Positions 17,697 through 27,592 of a stretch of 64,000 nt of DNA are shown piece by piece. The notes beneath the pieces are model-generated. The model searched no databases. It was not told the origin of the DNA and saw nothing but the letters and a program-made list of their open reading frames with translations. Both the position numbers and the translations under genes were made by a program. The stretch covers positions 21,327 through 85,326 of the forward strand of contig CALIUM010000002.1 in the NCBI GenBank assembly GCA_938048735.1. Reading direction: 5' to 3'. Numbering within the stretch: position 1 is the stretch's first letter; each line of letters starts with the position of its first letter. The DNA is from an uncultured archaeon. GTDB taxonomy: Archaea; Thermoproteota; Bathyarchaeia; TCS64.

Positions 17697-18902
17697 ATGT
17701 CGCATGTGGTTGGGGAGGCCCCCCTGAAGGGGGTCAGGGTTCTGGATCTGAGCAGGGTTCTCGCAGGCCCCTTCTGCTCCATGATCCTAGCAGACCTTGG
17801 GGCCGAGGTGATAAAGGTAGAGATCCCTGGGGAGGGGGATGACACCCGTGCCTATCCCCCATTCATCGGAGGTATGAGCAGCTACTTCATGTCGGTGAAT
17901 AGAGGGAAGAAGAGCGTGACCTTGGACCTGAAGAAGAGTGAAGCCAGGATGGCCCTTTACAGGATTGTGGAGAGGTGCGACATATTTCTGGAGAACTTCA
18001 GGCCTGGAGTAACGGCCCGCCTGGGTATAGACTATGAGGCTATCCGTAGGGTCAACCCTAGAATAATATACTGTAGCATCTCGAGCTTTGGGCAGACGGG
18101 GCCTTACGCCTCCTGGCCTGGATACGACATCATAATACAGGGGATGGGGGGCCTCATGGGGATAACCGGGGAGCCGGGCAGACCCCCGGTCCGCGTCGGC
18201 ATAGCCATAAGTAATATAGGGGCGGGCATGTGGGCGGCCATAGCCATCCTAGCCGCCCTCAGGGTGAGGGATAAGGCCGGGATCGGACAGTACATCGATA
18301 TATCCCTGTTGGACGGCGTGGTCTCCTGGATGACCTACGCCGCCGGGATATACTTCGCGACTGGGAGGCCACCGGAGAGGATGGGGTCAGCCCACCCGAG
18401 CATGGTCCCATATCAGGCCTTCGAGGCCGGGGATGGGAAATACCTCCTCATAGCTGCTGGAAATGATAGGCTCTGGGCAACCCTCTGCCAGGCCATGGGG
18501 CTTGATGGCTTGATAGACGACCCGAGGTTCTCCACCATGGATAGGAGGGTGGAGAACAGGGGGGAGCTCATACCCATCCTGGAGGAGGGGTTCAAGAGGA
18601 GGCCTAGGGACTATTGGCTTGAGAGGCTCAGGGCCTTGGGCTTCCCATGCGGCCCCGTCTACACCCTGGATGAGGTCTTCAGCGACCCCCACGTGCTTAG
18701 CAGGGGGATGCTGATAGAGATGGAGCATCCTGAGGCGGGCATCATAAAGCAGATAGGCCCGCCGATAAAGCTCTCAGAGACACCATGCATCATTGGATCC
18801 CCACCTCCCAAGCTTGGGGAGCATACCGAGGAGGTCCTGAGGGAGATCGCTGGCTACACAGATGAGGAGATAGAGCGCCTCAGAGAAGCCTCAGCTATAT
18901 GA
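17697..18902 (+). CDS. family III CoA-transferase (CaiB/BaiF/Frc type)
   Basis: 401 aa. …LKGVRVLDLSRVLAGPFCSMILADLGAEVIKVE…ENFRPG…GYDIIIQGMGGLM…. Confidence 0.9.
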   Translation: MSHVVGEAPLKGVRVLDLSRVLAGPFCSMILADLGAEVIKVEIPGEGDDTRAYPPFIGGMSSYFMSVNRGKKSVTLDLKKSEARMALYRIVERCDIFLENFRPGVTARLGIDYEAIRRVNPRIIYCSISSFGQTGPYASWPGYDIIIQGMGGLMGITGEPGRPPVRVGIAISNIGAGMWAAIAILAALRVRDKAGIGQYIDISLLDGVVSWMTYAAGIYFATGRPPERMGSAHPSMVPYQAFEAGDGKYLLIAAGNDRLWATLCQAMGLDGLIDDPRFSTMDRRVENRGELIPILEEGFKRRPRDYWLERLRALGFPCGPVYTLDEVFSDPHVLSRGMLIEMEHPEAGIIKQIGPPIKLSETPCIIGSPPPKLGEHTEEVLREIAGYTDEEIERLREASAI

Positions 18903-19005
18903 CATCTTGATGAGATATCATCAAACTTGAGATCCAGATATGAGATGGGAGAAGGTCATCAGACGCGTTAATATAAATCCCAGATAACTAGGATGATGAT
19001 TGTTT

Positions 19006-20601
19006 ATGATCCTCGACGTGGAGTCAGATGTGCTCGTCATAGGCTCGGGAGGAGCCGGCCTTAGGGCGGCGATAGAGGCTGAGGCCCAAGGCGCCTCCGT
19101 CGTCGTGGCCTCTAAGGCTCCCGCCGGGATGAACAACTCCACCGCCGTGAGTGGAGGGGGATTCAGGGCCCCAATGGGAGGGCTAACCGTGGAGGAGTAC
19201 ATCAGGGACACGATAGAGGTGGGGAAGGGGATCAATGACCGCAGGCTTGTGGAGGTCATGGCCAAGGAGGGGGAGGAGCGCCTACTTGAACTCAGAAGAT
19301 TCGGGGTTGAGGTGAGGGAGAGGGAGGGGGGAATATATGTTGAGGGACGTGGAGGGGCCCAGGGATTGGGCCTCACAATCCCCCTCAAAGAGTACGCAGG
19401 ATCCAAGGGGATAAGATTCCTTGACGGCGTAATAATAACGAGGCTGCTTGAGGATGAGGGCGGGGTCGTGGGGGCGGTTGGCTACGACATCCAAGGAGAC
19501 AGGCCCGTAGTCTTCTCCTCAGGGGCAGTGATCTTGGCGACCGGGGGTGCGGGGGCCCTATATAAGCGGACTGACTGCCCGGTTAGAACCACGGGTGATG
19601 GCTACACCCTGGCCTTTGAGGCTGGCGCCACGCTCAGGGACATGGAGTTCGTCCAGTTCTACCCCATAGCCCTGGCAGAGGAGGGGGCCCCTCCATACCT
19701 CATAGGGGGCTATATGACCGAGGAGGGGCATATCATAAACAGCCTGGGCGAGGAGATACCAAAGAAGCACGGGGTCAAAGCGAGGCCCCTCGTCCTAAAG
19801 TCGAGGGACCTCCTCTCAAGGGCGGTCATGATAGAGATCCTAGAGGGGAGAGGTGTGGAAGGAGCTGTCCTGCTGGACGCGAGGGAGGCGATAGGGCGCC
19901 GCGGGGAGGAGGGATGGTTCTCAACCGGGCCGTATAGGTTCTTCGCGGAGACCCTCAGGGCGGAGGAGAGGCCCCTGAAGGTGGCTCCAGTATCCCACTT
20001 CTGCATGGGCGGTGTCATGATAGACGAGGATGGTTCAACGGGTATCCCCGGCCTATACGCGGCCGGAGAGGTTGTGGGAGGGGTTCACGGGGCTAACAGG
20101 CATGGGGGGAACGCCCTCACAGAGGCGATCGTCTTCGGGGCCAGGGCTGGAGCCGCAGCAGCATCCAATGCGAGATCAGTCTCTCTAATGGATGTCAAAC
20201 CCCTAGCCTCGAGGGAGATAGCGAGATATGAGGCCATTAAAGAGGGAGAAGGGGTCGATCCTGAGGCCTTGATGAGGAGGCTTAGGGAGGTGATGTGGGA
20301 GAAGGCGGGGATAGTGAGGGGGGAGGAAGGCCTCAGGGAGGCCCTCGCAGAGGTGGAGAGGATGATGGGAGAAAAGCATAAGCTTAAGGCTCCACCTGGT
20401 ATGAGGATGCTCGAGGCCCTGGAGGCCTCCATGGCTTTGAAGGCTGCGGAGATGATCATAAGGTCGGCCCTTGAGAGGAGGGAGAGCAGGGGGGCCCACT
20501 ACAGGGTAGACTATCCCGAGGAGGACAGCTCTTGGCTTAGGATGGTGATCATCAGGAGGGGTCAAGAGGGCGCAATGGCCATATCGACTAGTGCCATCTA
20601 G
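19006..20601 (+). CDS. FAD flavoprotein of the L-aspartate oxidase / succinate dehydrogenase-fumarate reductase family
   Basis: ATG at 19006 (MILDVESDVLVIGSGGAGLRAAIEA…). …HFCMGGVMIDEDGSTGIPGLYAAGEVVGGVHGANRHGGNAL…RESRGAHYRVDYPEED…. No Fe-S subunit is adjacent. Confidence 0.8.
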   Translation: MILDVESDVLVIGSGGAGLRAAIEAEAQGASVVVASKAPAGMNNSTAVSGGGFRAPMGGLTVEEYIRDTIEVGKGINDRRLVEVMAKEGEERLLELRRFGVEVREREGGIYVEGRGGAQGLGLTIPLKEYAGSKGIRFLDGVIITRLLEDEGGVVGAVGYDIQGDRPVVFSSGAVILATGGAGALYKRTDCPVRTTGDGYTLAFEAGATLRDMEFVQFYPIALAEEGAPPYLIGGYMTEEGHIINSLGEEIPKKHGVKARPLVLKSRDLLSRAVMIEILEGRGVEGAVLLDAREAIGRRGEEGWFSTGPYRFFAETLRAEERPLKVAPVSHFCMGGVMIDEDGSTGIPGLYAAGEVVGGVHGANRHGGNALTEAIVFGARAGAAAASNARSVSLMDVKPLASREIARYEAIKEGEGVDPEALMRRLREVMWEKAGIVRGEEGLREALAEVERMMGEKHKLKAPPGMRMLEALEASMALKAAEMIIRSALERRESRGAHYRVDYPEEDSSWLRMVIIRRGQEGAMAISTSAI

Positions 20602-21488
20602 GGGCCTATCCCGAGAAGCCTCTCGGGATTCTCCTTGACCATCACCATGATATCCTCAGCCCGGAACCCGTGCTCTAGTAGGAGGCTGATGTAGATCCTC
20701 AGCCCCTCGGGTGGAGGGGGGTTGTGAACCTGGCCTAGATCGCTGGAGATTATGTAGTTCTCAACCCCAACCCTCCTAATGGCCTCCACGGAGCGGTCTA
20801 TGGAGGAGCAGCGCCAGGCGGGGGAGATGGATGAGTAGCAGAGTTCGAGGAGGGCCCCCCTCTCAGCCATCCAGATCTGGTCTTCGATGCTCATGTTCGA
20901 GGTGGAGAAGTCGACATGGGTCACAACTATCCTTCTAACACCCCTCCTCAGGGCCTCCTCCACCAATACCTTCGACTCCTCGGCTGAGAGGTGGGAGGTG
21001 GCCAGGGCAACGTCGGACTCTGCAATGGAGCCGAGTATCGGGCCCAGCCTTGGGTCGAGATCCCCACCATCAAAGATGGAGATCCCCTCGGCCTCCTCGT
21101 AGAACCCTGGCCTCCCATAAGAAAGCCTTGAGCCGTACCTGCCGAGCTCCCCGAAGCACCTCTTATGGTTTCTGGCATCGACCGTCGGCATCCAGATGAT
21201 CCTCGCCCCCAGTTTGAGGGCTGCATCCACCGCGAAGGGGTTTAGCCCTCCGACGGCGTAGTTCAAGGTGACACCACCGTATACCTCCACACCCCTGACT
21301 GCTCTAGATGCGAAGTATGCTCGGTCAACCGTGGGGATATGGTGATGCTTGAGGACTATCCCCCTTAAACCCGAGGCCCCAGCAGCCTCGGCTGCCTCAA
21401 AGGCGTCTAGGAGCCTGGGGAAGAGATCCGGCCCCGCATGGACATGGATATCCAAGGCGCCCTTTAAGAGCTCTAGATCCTCCCTCAT
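20598..21488 (-). CDS. amidohydrolase-superfamily (TIM-barrel metal-dependent hydrolase-like) protein
   Basis: Start taken at ATG 21488 (MREDLELLKGALDIHVHAGPD…, HxH motif). The tracked ORF extends to 21602 without family support. Confidence 0.6.
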   Translation of the reverse strand: MREDLELLKGALDIHVHAGPDLFPRLLDAFEAAEAAGASGLRGIVLKHHHIPTVDRAYFASRAVRGVEVYGGVTLNYAVGGLNPFAVDAALKLGARIIWMPTVDARNHKRCFGELGRYGSRLSYGRPGFYEEAEGISIFDGGDLDPRLGPILGSIAESDVALATSHLSAEESKVLVEEALRRGVRRIVVTHVDFSTSNMSIEDQIWMAERGALLELCYSSISPAWRCSSIDRSVEAIRRVGVENYIISSDLGQVHNPPPPEGLRIYISLLLEHGFRAEDIMVMVKENPERLLGIGP

Positions 21489-21503
21489 ACATTGTATTGA
21501 TAT

Positions 21504-21614
21504 GGGTTCTAAGGGTTTAACATTACCGTGTGAGGTCAATGTGGATTGTTGGGATTCTTCCCTCCCCCGTGAAGATGTTGCCATCCGTGATGCTCTTAGC
21601 ATATTGGAAATCCG
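21504..21614. repeat. compressed, decayed copy of the 22966-23262 region (promoter-like box plus M20 peptidase 3' coding fragment)
   Basis: 21541-21614 matches 23189-23262 at 70/74 nt by hand alignment. 21504-21535 matches 22966-22997 with an identical GGGTTTAACATTA core. Confidence 0.85.
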
Positions 21615-21643
21615 AGGGCCTAAGAAGCTCGAAGGGGTTGAGA

Positions 21644-22879
21644 TTACCTACATCCTCGGGTCTCCCTAACAAAGAGCTGGAAGAGTATTGTGGCGAGGAT
21701 GAGTATGGCCGAGATGATTCCAAAGGAGGGTATATAGCCAAGGCTTCCTAATAGAAAGCCGGTTACCATAGGGCCTGAAGCGTGCCCGATATCCCATAGG
21801 CTCCCGAAGACTCCCATGGAGGTGCCATATCCTCTGGATCGGCTCTGCTCCGCGACCATGGCCGCGGTTGAGGAGGTTACCATAGCCTCTCCCGCGCCGA
21901 AGATGAGAGTTAGTGCACAAAGTGCTAGGAAGTCGTGTGTTATCGGGTACAGAAGGAAAGAGTTGGCGCAGAGAAGCATACCCCAGGTGATCAGGGTCTT
22001 CCTGCCGTGGATGTCAGATATCCTTCCCATCAGAGGCCTAAGCAGGACGAGGACGACGAGTTGTATGCCCCAGATGACACCTGCATGGAAGGACGAGAGG
22101 CCAGCTATGGAGATGACATAGGAGGGAAGAAAGGCCTCGAGGGCCCCAACCGTCAGATTCTGGACAGCCTCCATAGAACTCGTAAGCAGAACCTGCATAT
22201 CCTTGAACACCGCCACCATATCCCTCCTGAACTTATCTATCACAACCCAAAGGGTGGGAGGCTCAGGAGAGGCTTCACTCGGGAGGTAGCGCCACATGGC
22301 AAGCACGAGGAGGAGGGAGATGCTGCCCATCACCCCTACGATTAGGTAGATGAATCGGAAGGCGGCCGGCTCCGGGTTTAAACCACCCACCAGGTACAGA
22401 AGTCCCCCTCCTAGGGGAGCTGAGATGAGCCCGCCGATGGTCGAGATGGATGAGAAGGTCGCTGTCCACTGACCCCTATGCTCTCCCGAGATATCGATTA
22501 TAACGGCCATGGCAACAGGCCCGTAGATAGCAGTAGCGAAACCATGGAAGAAACGGATTACCATCAGGAGGCGATAATCATAAACTAGCAGGTAGGTGAA
22601 GGGCATGAGGCCGAAGATCATCGCGGAGGCGAGAAGGGCGGTTCTCCTCCCATAGAGATCAGAGAGGGTCCCAGCCGGTGCCTTAAAGAATATCCCCGTA
22701 ACTGTGGAGATCCCCACCACCATACCTATCATGGCAGGGGTAGCCCCTAATGCCTCGGCAAATAGTGGTAGAACAGGAGTTCGAGCCATGCTATAGCTGA
22801 GACGAGCGAAGAAACCGATCAGCACTAAGACGATGAAGGTGTGTATAGGAAAAGAATTCACCTCTCCAATTCTAGTCAA
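21644..22879 (-). CDS. MFS transporter
   Basis: 411 aa, about 12 TM helices, with the MFS loop motif …GTLSDLYGRRTALL… and a second-half …GRISDIHGRKTL…. Confidence 0.85.
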   Translation of the reverse strand: MTRIGEVNSFPIHTFIVLVLIGFFARLSYSMARTPVLPLFAEALGATPAMIGMVVGISTVTGIFFKAPAGTLSDLYGRRTALLASAMIFGLMPFTYLLVYDYRLLMVIRFFHGFATAIYGPVAMAVIIDISGEHRGQWTATFSSISTIGGLISAPLGGGLLYLVGGLNPEPAAFRFIYLIVGVMGSISLLLVLAMWRYLPSEASPEPPTLWVVIDKFRRDMVAVFKDMQVLLTSSMEAVQNLTVGALEAFLPSYVISIAGLSSFHAGVIWGIQLVVLVLLRPLMGRISDIHGRKTLITWGMLLCANSFLLYPITHDFLALCALTLIFGAGEAMVTSSTAAMVAEQSRSRGYGTSMGVFGSLWDIGHASGPMVTGFLLGSLGYIPSFGIISAILILATILFQLFVRETRGCR

Positions 22880-23047
22880 CCCAATTCCCCTGAGTTCATC
22901 AAGTTTACTGTATATTCATTTAATCTTAGTAACATACCCCCTTAAACCTCTTATCAGGATCGATAGGGTCTCTAGGGGTTTAACATTATCGGATGAGCTG
23001 GGAGAGGTGATCCGAATCAAGATGAGGGCGGGTCTAGTCTATGTTGA

Positions 23048-24241
23048 TCAACATCCCATCAGCTCCAGCCTTGGCATATCTGAGAGGAATCTTAGGCTCG
23101 TCTTTATGTAGACCTTTATGGTTGGGTTTAGGGTGCTCAGATCGATGTGTTCATCTGGCTGGTGGGCCCCTTCCCCACCTGGGCCGAAGTGGATTGTTGG
23201 GATTCTACCCTCCCCCATGAAGACGTTGCCGTCCGTGATGCTCTTAGCATATTGGAAATCCGGAAGCCTTCCGTAGACCTCCCTGAAGGCCTCAGAGAAT
23301 ACCCTGACTATAGGCTGGCCTTTATCCATCTCGAAGGGCTCGTAGTAGGGTGGCTTCAGCCCAACCTCAACCTCAGCCCTCAGGCCAAGGGATGCTATGA
23401 GCCTCCTCATATCCTCGATTGCAGTTGATGTGGATTCCCCAGGGACCAGAAGCCTATTCACCTCGACCCGGCACCTATCTGGGACGACGACCGAGTAGAC
23501 CCTGTATCCCCCCTCTATCTTCAATGTGCATAGGTTCCCCCTCCCGAAGTTGGGGTGGCTCCTCATCTCGAGCCTATCTAGGTTTACAAGTATGCGGGCC
23601 GCCTCCTCGATGGCGTTTACTCCGAGATGTGGAGAGAAGCCGTGGGCCGCCCTCCCCCTCACAGTGAGTTCGTATAGGATCTTTCCAGTTATGCCCAGCG
23701 GTATAGCCCTCTCACCCATCCCCGTCCAGGGCTCCCCTATGACCACCGCATCAGCCCTAGCCATCTCCGTCTTCAGGAGGGCCCTCGCCCCCTTAGAGTA
23801 ACCCTCCTCATCCACAACCCCGGTGAATGCTAGAACCCCTCTCAGGGGGATCTCGGACTCGATGACAGCCTTGAGGTGGGCCAGGATGGATGCTATACCA
23901 GCCTTCATGTCTAGGGATCCCAATCCATATAGATGAGAGCCCCTCACAACAGGCTTGAAGGGGTCGAAGGTCCAACCCTCGCACACCGGGACGGTGTCCA
24001 AGTGACCGTTATACATCAGTAGCGGGCCTGGGCTCGGATATCGATGGACCGCTATGAGGTTGAAGCGCCCGGCCTCCACCTCCTGGAGATGGGTCTCCAT
24101 CCCGAGGGCCTCGAGCCTACCCCTCAAACACTCAGCCAGGTCTCCCTCACTCCCCACCACCGATGGGATGGAGACCATCTCCTCTAGAGCCTTACGGCAG
24201 TATTCAAGATCTATCCTACGCAGAGCCTCCTCATCCAACAC
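23048..24241 (-). CDS. M20-family metallopeptidase (ArgE/DapE/ACY1 type)
   Basis: 397 aa. …VSIPSVVGSEGD…LMYNGHLDTVP…GLGSLDMKAGIA…VVDEEG…GPGGEGAHQPDEHIDL…. Confidence 0.88.
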   Translation of the reverse strand: MLDEEALRRIDLEYCRKALEEMVSIPSVVGSEGDLAECLRGRLEALGMETHLQEVEAGRFNLIAVHRYPSPGPLLMYNGHLDTVPVCEGWTFDPFKPVVRGSHLYGLGSLDMKAGIASILAHLKAVIESEIPLRGVLAFTGVVDEEGYSKGARALLKTEMARADAVVIGEPWTGMGERAIPLGITGKILYELTVRGRAAHGFSPHLGVNAIEEAARILVNLDRLEMRSHPNFGRGNLCTLKIEGGYRVYSVVVPDRCRVEVNRLLVPGESTSTAIEDMRRLIASLGLRAEVEVGLKPPYYEPFEMDKGQPIVRVFSEAFREVYGRLPDFQYAKSITDGNVFMGEGRIPTIHFGPGGEGAHQPDEHIDLSTLNPTIKVYIKTSLRFLSDMPRLELMGC

Positions 24242-24399
24242 GACCTATTGGACCACCGTCAACCCTCTTAACCCTTTCCAATAACCTTCCCCTGAAGGAT
24301 AAGGGAGAGGCCGGAAGCTCCATGGTCTCCAAAAATGAGGGTTCAGATGCTGATAACCCCTGGCCTTTCGGGGCAAGGTTAAAATGCTTGAGGTAGATC

Positions 24400-24672
24400 T
24401 TGAAAATTTGGGGGAATCTGGCTAGGAATATTCTCTTGGCTGGTCGTCTAATCTGGATGGTGATGTATGTTGGAGCATGCATCTCGATGGGCATCTGCTT
24501 TGCCCTTATCTACATGATAACCGCCTCTGATGACACGAGCTCTGAGTGGATGATCTGGGTCTTTATGGGGATCACCCTCCTGCTAGTGATAGGGAGCTTT
24601 GGGTACGAGACCCGCTACAAGAGGAGACCTGGATACAACCCCTACTCGAAATATGAGAAGCTCTTCGAGTAG
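24400..24672 (+). CDS. small two-TM membrane protein (hypothetical)
   Basis: 90-aa ORF with a TTG start, two hydrophobic helices and a basic C-terminal tail. Confidence 0.4.
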   Translation: MKIWGNLARNILLAGRLIWMVMYVGACISMGICFALIYMITASDDTSSEWMIWVFMGITLLLVIGSFGYETRYKRRPGYNPYSKYEKLFE

Positions 24673-24693
24673 ACCAACCATTTTATATCCATC

Positions 24694-25149
24694 ATGGAGG
24701 GTGAATTAGAGAATATGTCTGAGGAGAGGCCCTTCAGGGTTGAGCTGAGCCTTGAGAAGGGGTTCAGGTTCAGGGTGGAGTTCGGCCTGGAGGGGGTTCC
24801 GAGCCTCTATCTCGACGAGCCTGAGCCTCTTGGAGAGGGATCCGGCCCAAATGCATCGATGCTCCTGGCGGCCGCCGTGGGAAACTGCCTGAGCGCAAGC
24901 CTCCTATACTGCCTGAGGAGGTCTAGGGTGGAGGTTTCCAAGCTTGAGGCTGCGGTGGAGGGCATAATAGCTAGAAATGAGAGGGGGAGGTGGAGGGTGA
25001 AGGAGCTGAACGTCGAGCTGAGCCCTGTGATGGAGGAGGCCCACCTGAAGGAGATGGAGAGATGCATGGGGATCTTCGAGGACTTCTGCATAGTGACCGA
25101 AAGCGTCAGAAAGGGGATCCCAGTAAAGGTTAAAATTAAATACGAATAA
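24694..25149 (+). CDS. OsmC/Ohr-family peroxiredoxin-like protein
   Basis: 151 aa. …GPNASMLLAAAVGNCLSASLLYCLRR…FEDFCIVTESVRKG… (two conserved Cys). Confidence 0.7.
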   Translation: MEGELENMSEERPFRVELSLEKGFRFRVEFGLEGVPSLYLDEPEPLGEGSGPNASMLLAAAVGNCLSASLLYCLRRSRVEVSKLEAAVEGIIARNERGRWRVKELNVELSPVMEEAHLKEMERCMGIFEDFCIVTESVRKGIPVKVKIKYE

Positions 25150-25218
25150 ACCGCATAAACTTTTAAAGATATATGAAATTTATTAAGAAGATAGATGTTT
25201 TCGTTATCTATGTCTTAA

Positions 25219-25710
25219 ATGGATGAGTCTGGGGCGAATCGGTTGAGAAGATTATTGGTAAAGGCTGAGAGCTGTGCGGGTTGCAGGTTCTGCGAGATGA
25301 TATGCTCCTTCAGCCATGAGGGGAGGTTCTCGCCCAGCCTGTCCCGGATAACCGTTATTAAAGAGGACAGGTATGGATTTGACTATCCTATCTTCTGCCG
25401 CCTCTGTGAATCCTGCCCCCCCGTTGATTCATGCCCCAATAAGGCCTTGAGCAGGTCGCCCGAAGGAGCTTTGAGGCTGGATGAGGAGGCCTGCTCGGGC
25501 TGCGGAACCTGCGTGGAGATCTGCCCCCACTCCGCCCTTAAGATGGGAGAGGCCTCTAAGCCCATATTCTGCGACCTCTGCGGTGGTAGACCCCTATGCG
25601 TGGAGAGATGCCCCACGGGAGCCCTCTCCTACGAAGAGGCGGAGGAGCTGGATGAGGGTCCGATCGAGGCCATGAAAAGGCTAATGGAGCGGTGGGGTAT
25701 CCATGCCTAG
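25219..25710 (+). CDS. 4Fe-4S dicluster ferredoxin-domain protein (AOR partner)
   Basis: 163 aa with several CxxCxxC…CP motifs (CAGCRFCEMIC, CRLCESCPP, CSGCGTCVEICP, CDLCGG…CVERCP). It overlaps the aor start by 8 nt. Confidence 0.8.
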   Translation: MDESGANRLRRLLVKAESCAGCRFCEMICSFSHEGRFSPSLSRITVIKEDRYGFDYPIFCRLCESCPPVDSCPNKALSRSPEGALRLDEEACSGCGTCVEICPHSALKMGEASKPIFCDLCGGRPLCVERCPTGALSYEEAEELDEGPIEAMKRLMERWGIHA

Positions 25711-27592
25711 GTTCTATGGATACGCTGGGAGGATCCTCAGGATAGACCTGACCAAGGAGAGGGTCAGGATCCAGGAGCTGGAGGGGGACCTAGCCAGGGG
25801 CTTCCTCGGAGGGAGGGGCCTGAACTCCAAAAGGTTGTATGACGAGGTCCCAAGGCATGTGGATCCCCTCAGCCCCGAGAATAAGCTCATCTTCTCGACA
25901 GGCCCCCTCGTGGGGACCATGTTCCCGACGGCCTCGAGGTTCAACGTCTCGGCCAAGTCCCCCCTGACGGGCATCCTTGGCGACAGCAATGCCGGGGGCC
26001 ACTTCTCGGCGGAGCTCAAGTTCGCGGGCTACGACCAGTTAGTAATAGAGGGGAGGAGTAGAAGACCCGTATACATATTCATACACGATGATGAGGTTGA
26101 GCTCAGGGACGCATCCCACCTCTGGGGGGAGGATGTCTACGAGGCCGACGAGGCATTAAGGAGGGAGATAGGGGATAGAAGGATACAGACCGCGATTGTG
26201 GGCCCGGCCGCCGAGAATGGGGTCAAATATGCAGGCATCTATGTGAACCTCATGAGGCCCGCGGCGAGGACGGGTATGGGAACTGTGATGGCCTCAAAGG
26301 GCGTAAAGGCCCTAGCGGTGAGGGGGACGGGCTCGGTGGAGGTGGCAGAGCCAGGCAGGTTCGAGAGGCTCGTGGAGGAGATTGAGGAGGAGATCTACAG
26401 CCATGAACAGTACTGGCCGAGGAGGAGGATGGGAACCACGAGGATCCTCATGATGGCCAACGCCATGGGCTTCCTACCCACCAGGCATTATAAGTCAGGG
26501 ATCTTCGAGCACGCCTATGAGGTCAGCGGAGAGAGGCTCGCCGACGAGTACAACGTGAAGACTAGGGGATGCTTCGCCTGCACCATCCCATGCAGCCGCT
26601 TCTACATGGTTAGGAGGGGAAGGTTCATGGGCCTCTATGGGGAGGGGCCGGAGTACGAGGCTCAAGGGGCCTTCACGGCGAGGGTCGGAAACGGGGACCT
26701 CGACCTGGCCCTCAAGGCGATAGATATGTGCAACCGCCTAGGCATGGACGCCCTGACCACCTCCGAGTGCATCTCTTGGGCCATGGAGCTATACGAGATG
26801 GGCCTCCTCACAAAGGAGGAGGCTGACGGGCTGGACCTCTCATGGGGGAATGGGGAGGCCATATTGGCCCTCATACAGAGGATATCCAGGAGGGAGGGCT
26901 TCGGAGACATCCTAGCAGATGGGTCGAGGGCGGCCGCGGAGAGGCTTGGGAGGGGGATGGAACTCACCATGCAGGTTAAGGGCCTAGACCTCATCATGGC
27001 TGACCCGAGGGGGCTGAAGGGCTTCGGCCTGGGATTCGCCGTCGCAAGCAGGGGGGGAGACCACCTCCGAAGCGAGCCTTTCATAGAGCTTAGCGACGAC
27101 CCAAAGAGGGGGGAGGAGATGTTCGGGATACCCGAGGCTACCATGAGGCTGGCATACAAGGGTAAGGGGAAACTGGTCTCCTATTTTGAGGACTGGTGCG
27201 CCGTCATAGACTCATTAGAGGTCTGCAAGAATATCATGGAAAACATGGAGATCCTCCCATTCAAAAGGGCTGCCGAGGTCATAGAGGCCGCGACCGGGAT
27301 GAGGATGTCGCCCGAGGAGGTCAGGAGGTGCGGGGAGAGGATCGTGAACATCGAGAGGGCCTTCAATGTGAGAGAGGGCATCACGAGGAGGGACGACTAC
27401 CTACCTAGAAGGTTCAGGGAAGAGCCCCTAAAAGAGGGGGCAAGCAAGGGCTCCATCTTTGAGCAGGAGCCCATGCTTGAGGAGTACTACAGGGAAAGGG
27501 GATGGAGCGTAGAGACAGGGATCCCGAGAAGAGAGACCCTAGAAAGGCTGGGCCTAGGGTACGCCGCTGAGGAGCTTGGGCTTATCTGGTAG
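25703..27592 (+). CDS. aor: aldehyde:ferredoxin oxidoreductase family (tungstopterin enzyme)
   Basis: 629 aa. …GYAGRILRIDLTKERV…GGRGLNSKRLYDEV…PLSPENKLIFSTGPLVGT…SRFNVSAKSPLTG…GCFACTIPC…. Confidence 0.9.
   Translation: MPRFYGYAGRILRIDLTKERVRIQELEGDLARGFLGGRGLNSKRLYDEVPRHVDPLSPENKLIFSTGPLVGTMFPTASRFNVSAKSPLTGILGDSNAGGHFSAELKFAGYDQLVIEGRSRRPVYIFIHDDEVELRDASHLWGEDVYEADEALRREIGDRRIQTAIVGPAAENGVKYAGIYVNLMRPAARTGMGTVMASKGVKALAVRGTGSVEVAEPGRFERLVEEIEEEIYSHEQYWPRRRMGTTRILMMANAMGFLPTRHYKSGIFEHAYEVSGERLADEYNVKTRGCFACTIPCSRFYMVRRGRFMGLYGEGPEYEAQGAFTARVGNGDLDLALKAIDMCNRLGMDALTTSECISWAMELYEMGLLTKEEADGLDLSWGNGEAILALIQRISRREGFGDILADGSRAAAERLGRGMELTMQVKGLDLIMADPRGLKGFGLGFAVASRGGDHLRSEPFIELSDDPKRGEEMFGIPEATMRLAYKGKGKLVSYFEDWCAVIDSLEVCKNIMENMEILPFKRAAEVIEAATGMRMSPEEVRRCGERIVNIERAFNVREGITRRDDYLPRRFREEPLKEGASKGSIFEQEPMLEEYYRERGWSVETGIPRRETLERLGLGYAAEELGLIW

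Noticed and set aside
21523-21751. ORFs 21523-21741 (-) and 21530-21751 (+) as genes
   Set aside because: The minus-strand ORF owes its protein-like stretch (…DFQYAKSITDGNIFTGEGRIPTIH…) to the duplicated M20 fragment. There is no complete domain, and the ORFs overlap the 3' end of the MFS gene.
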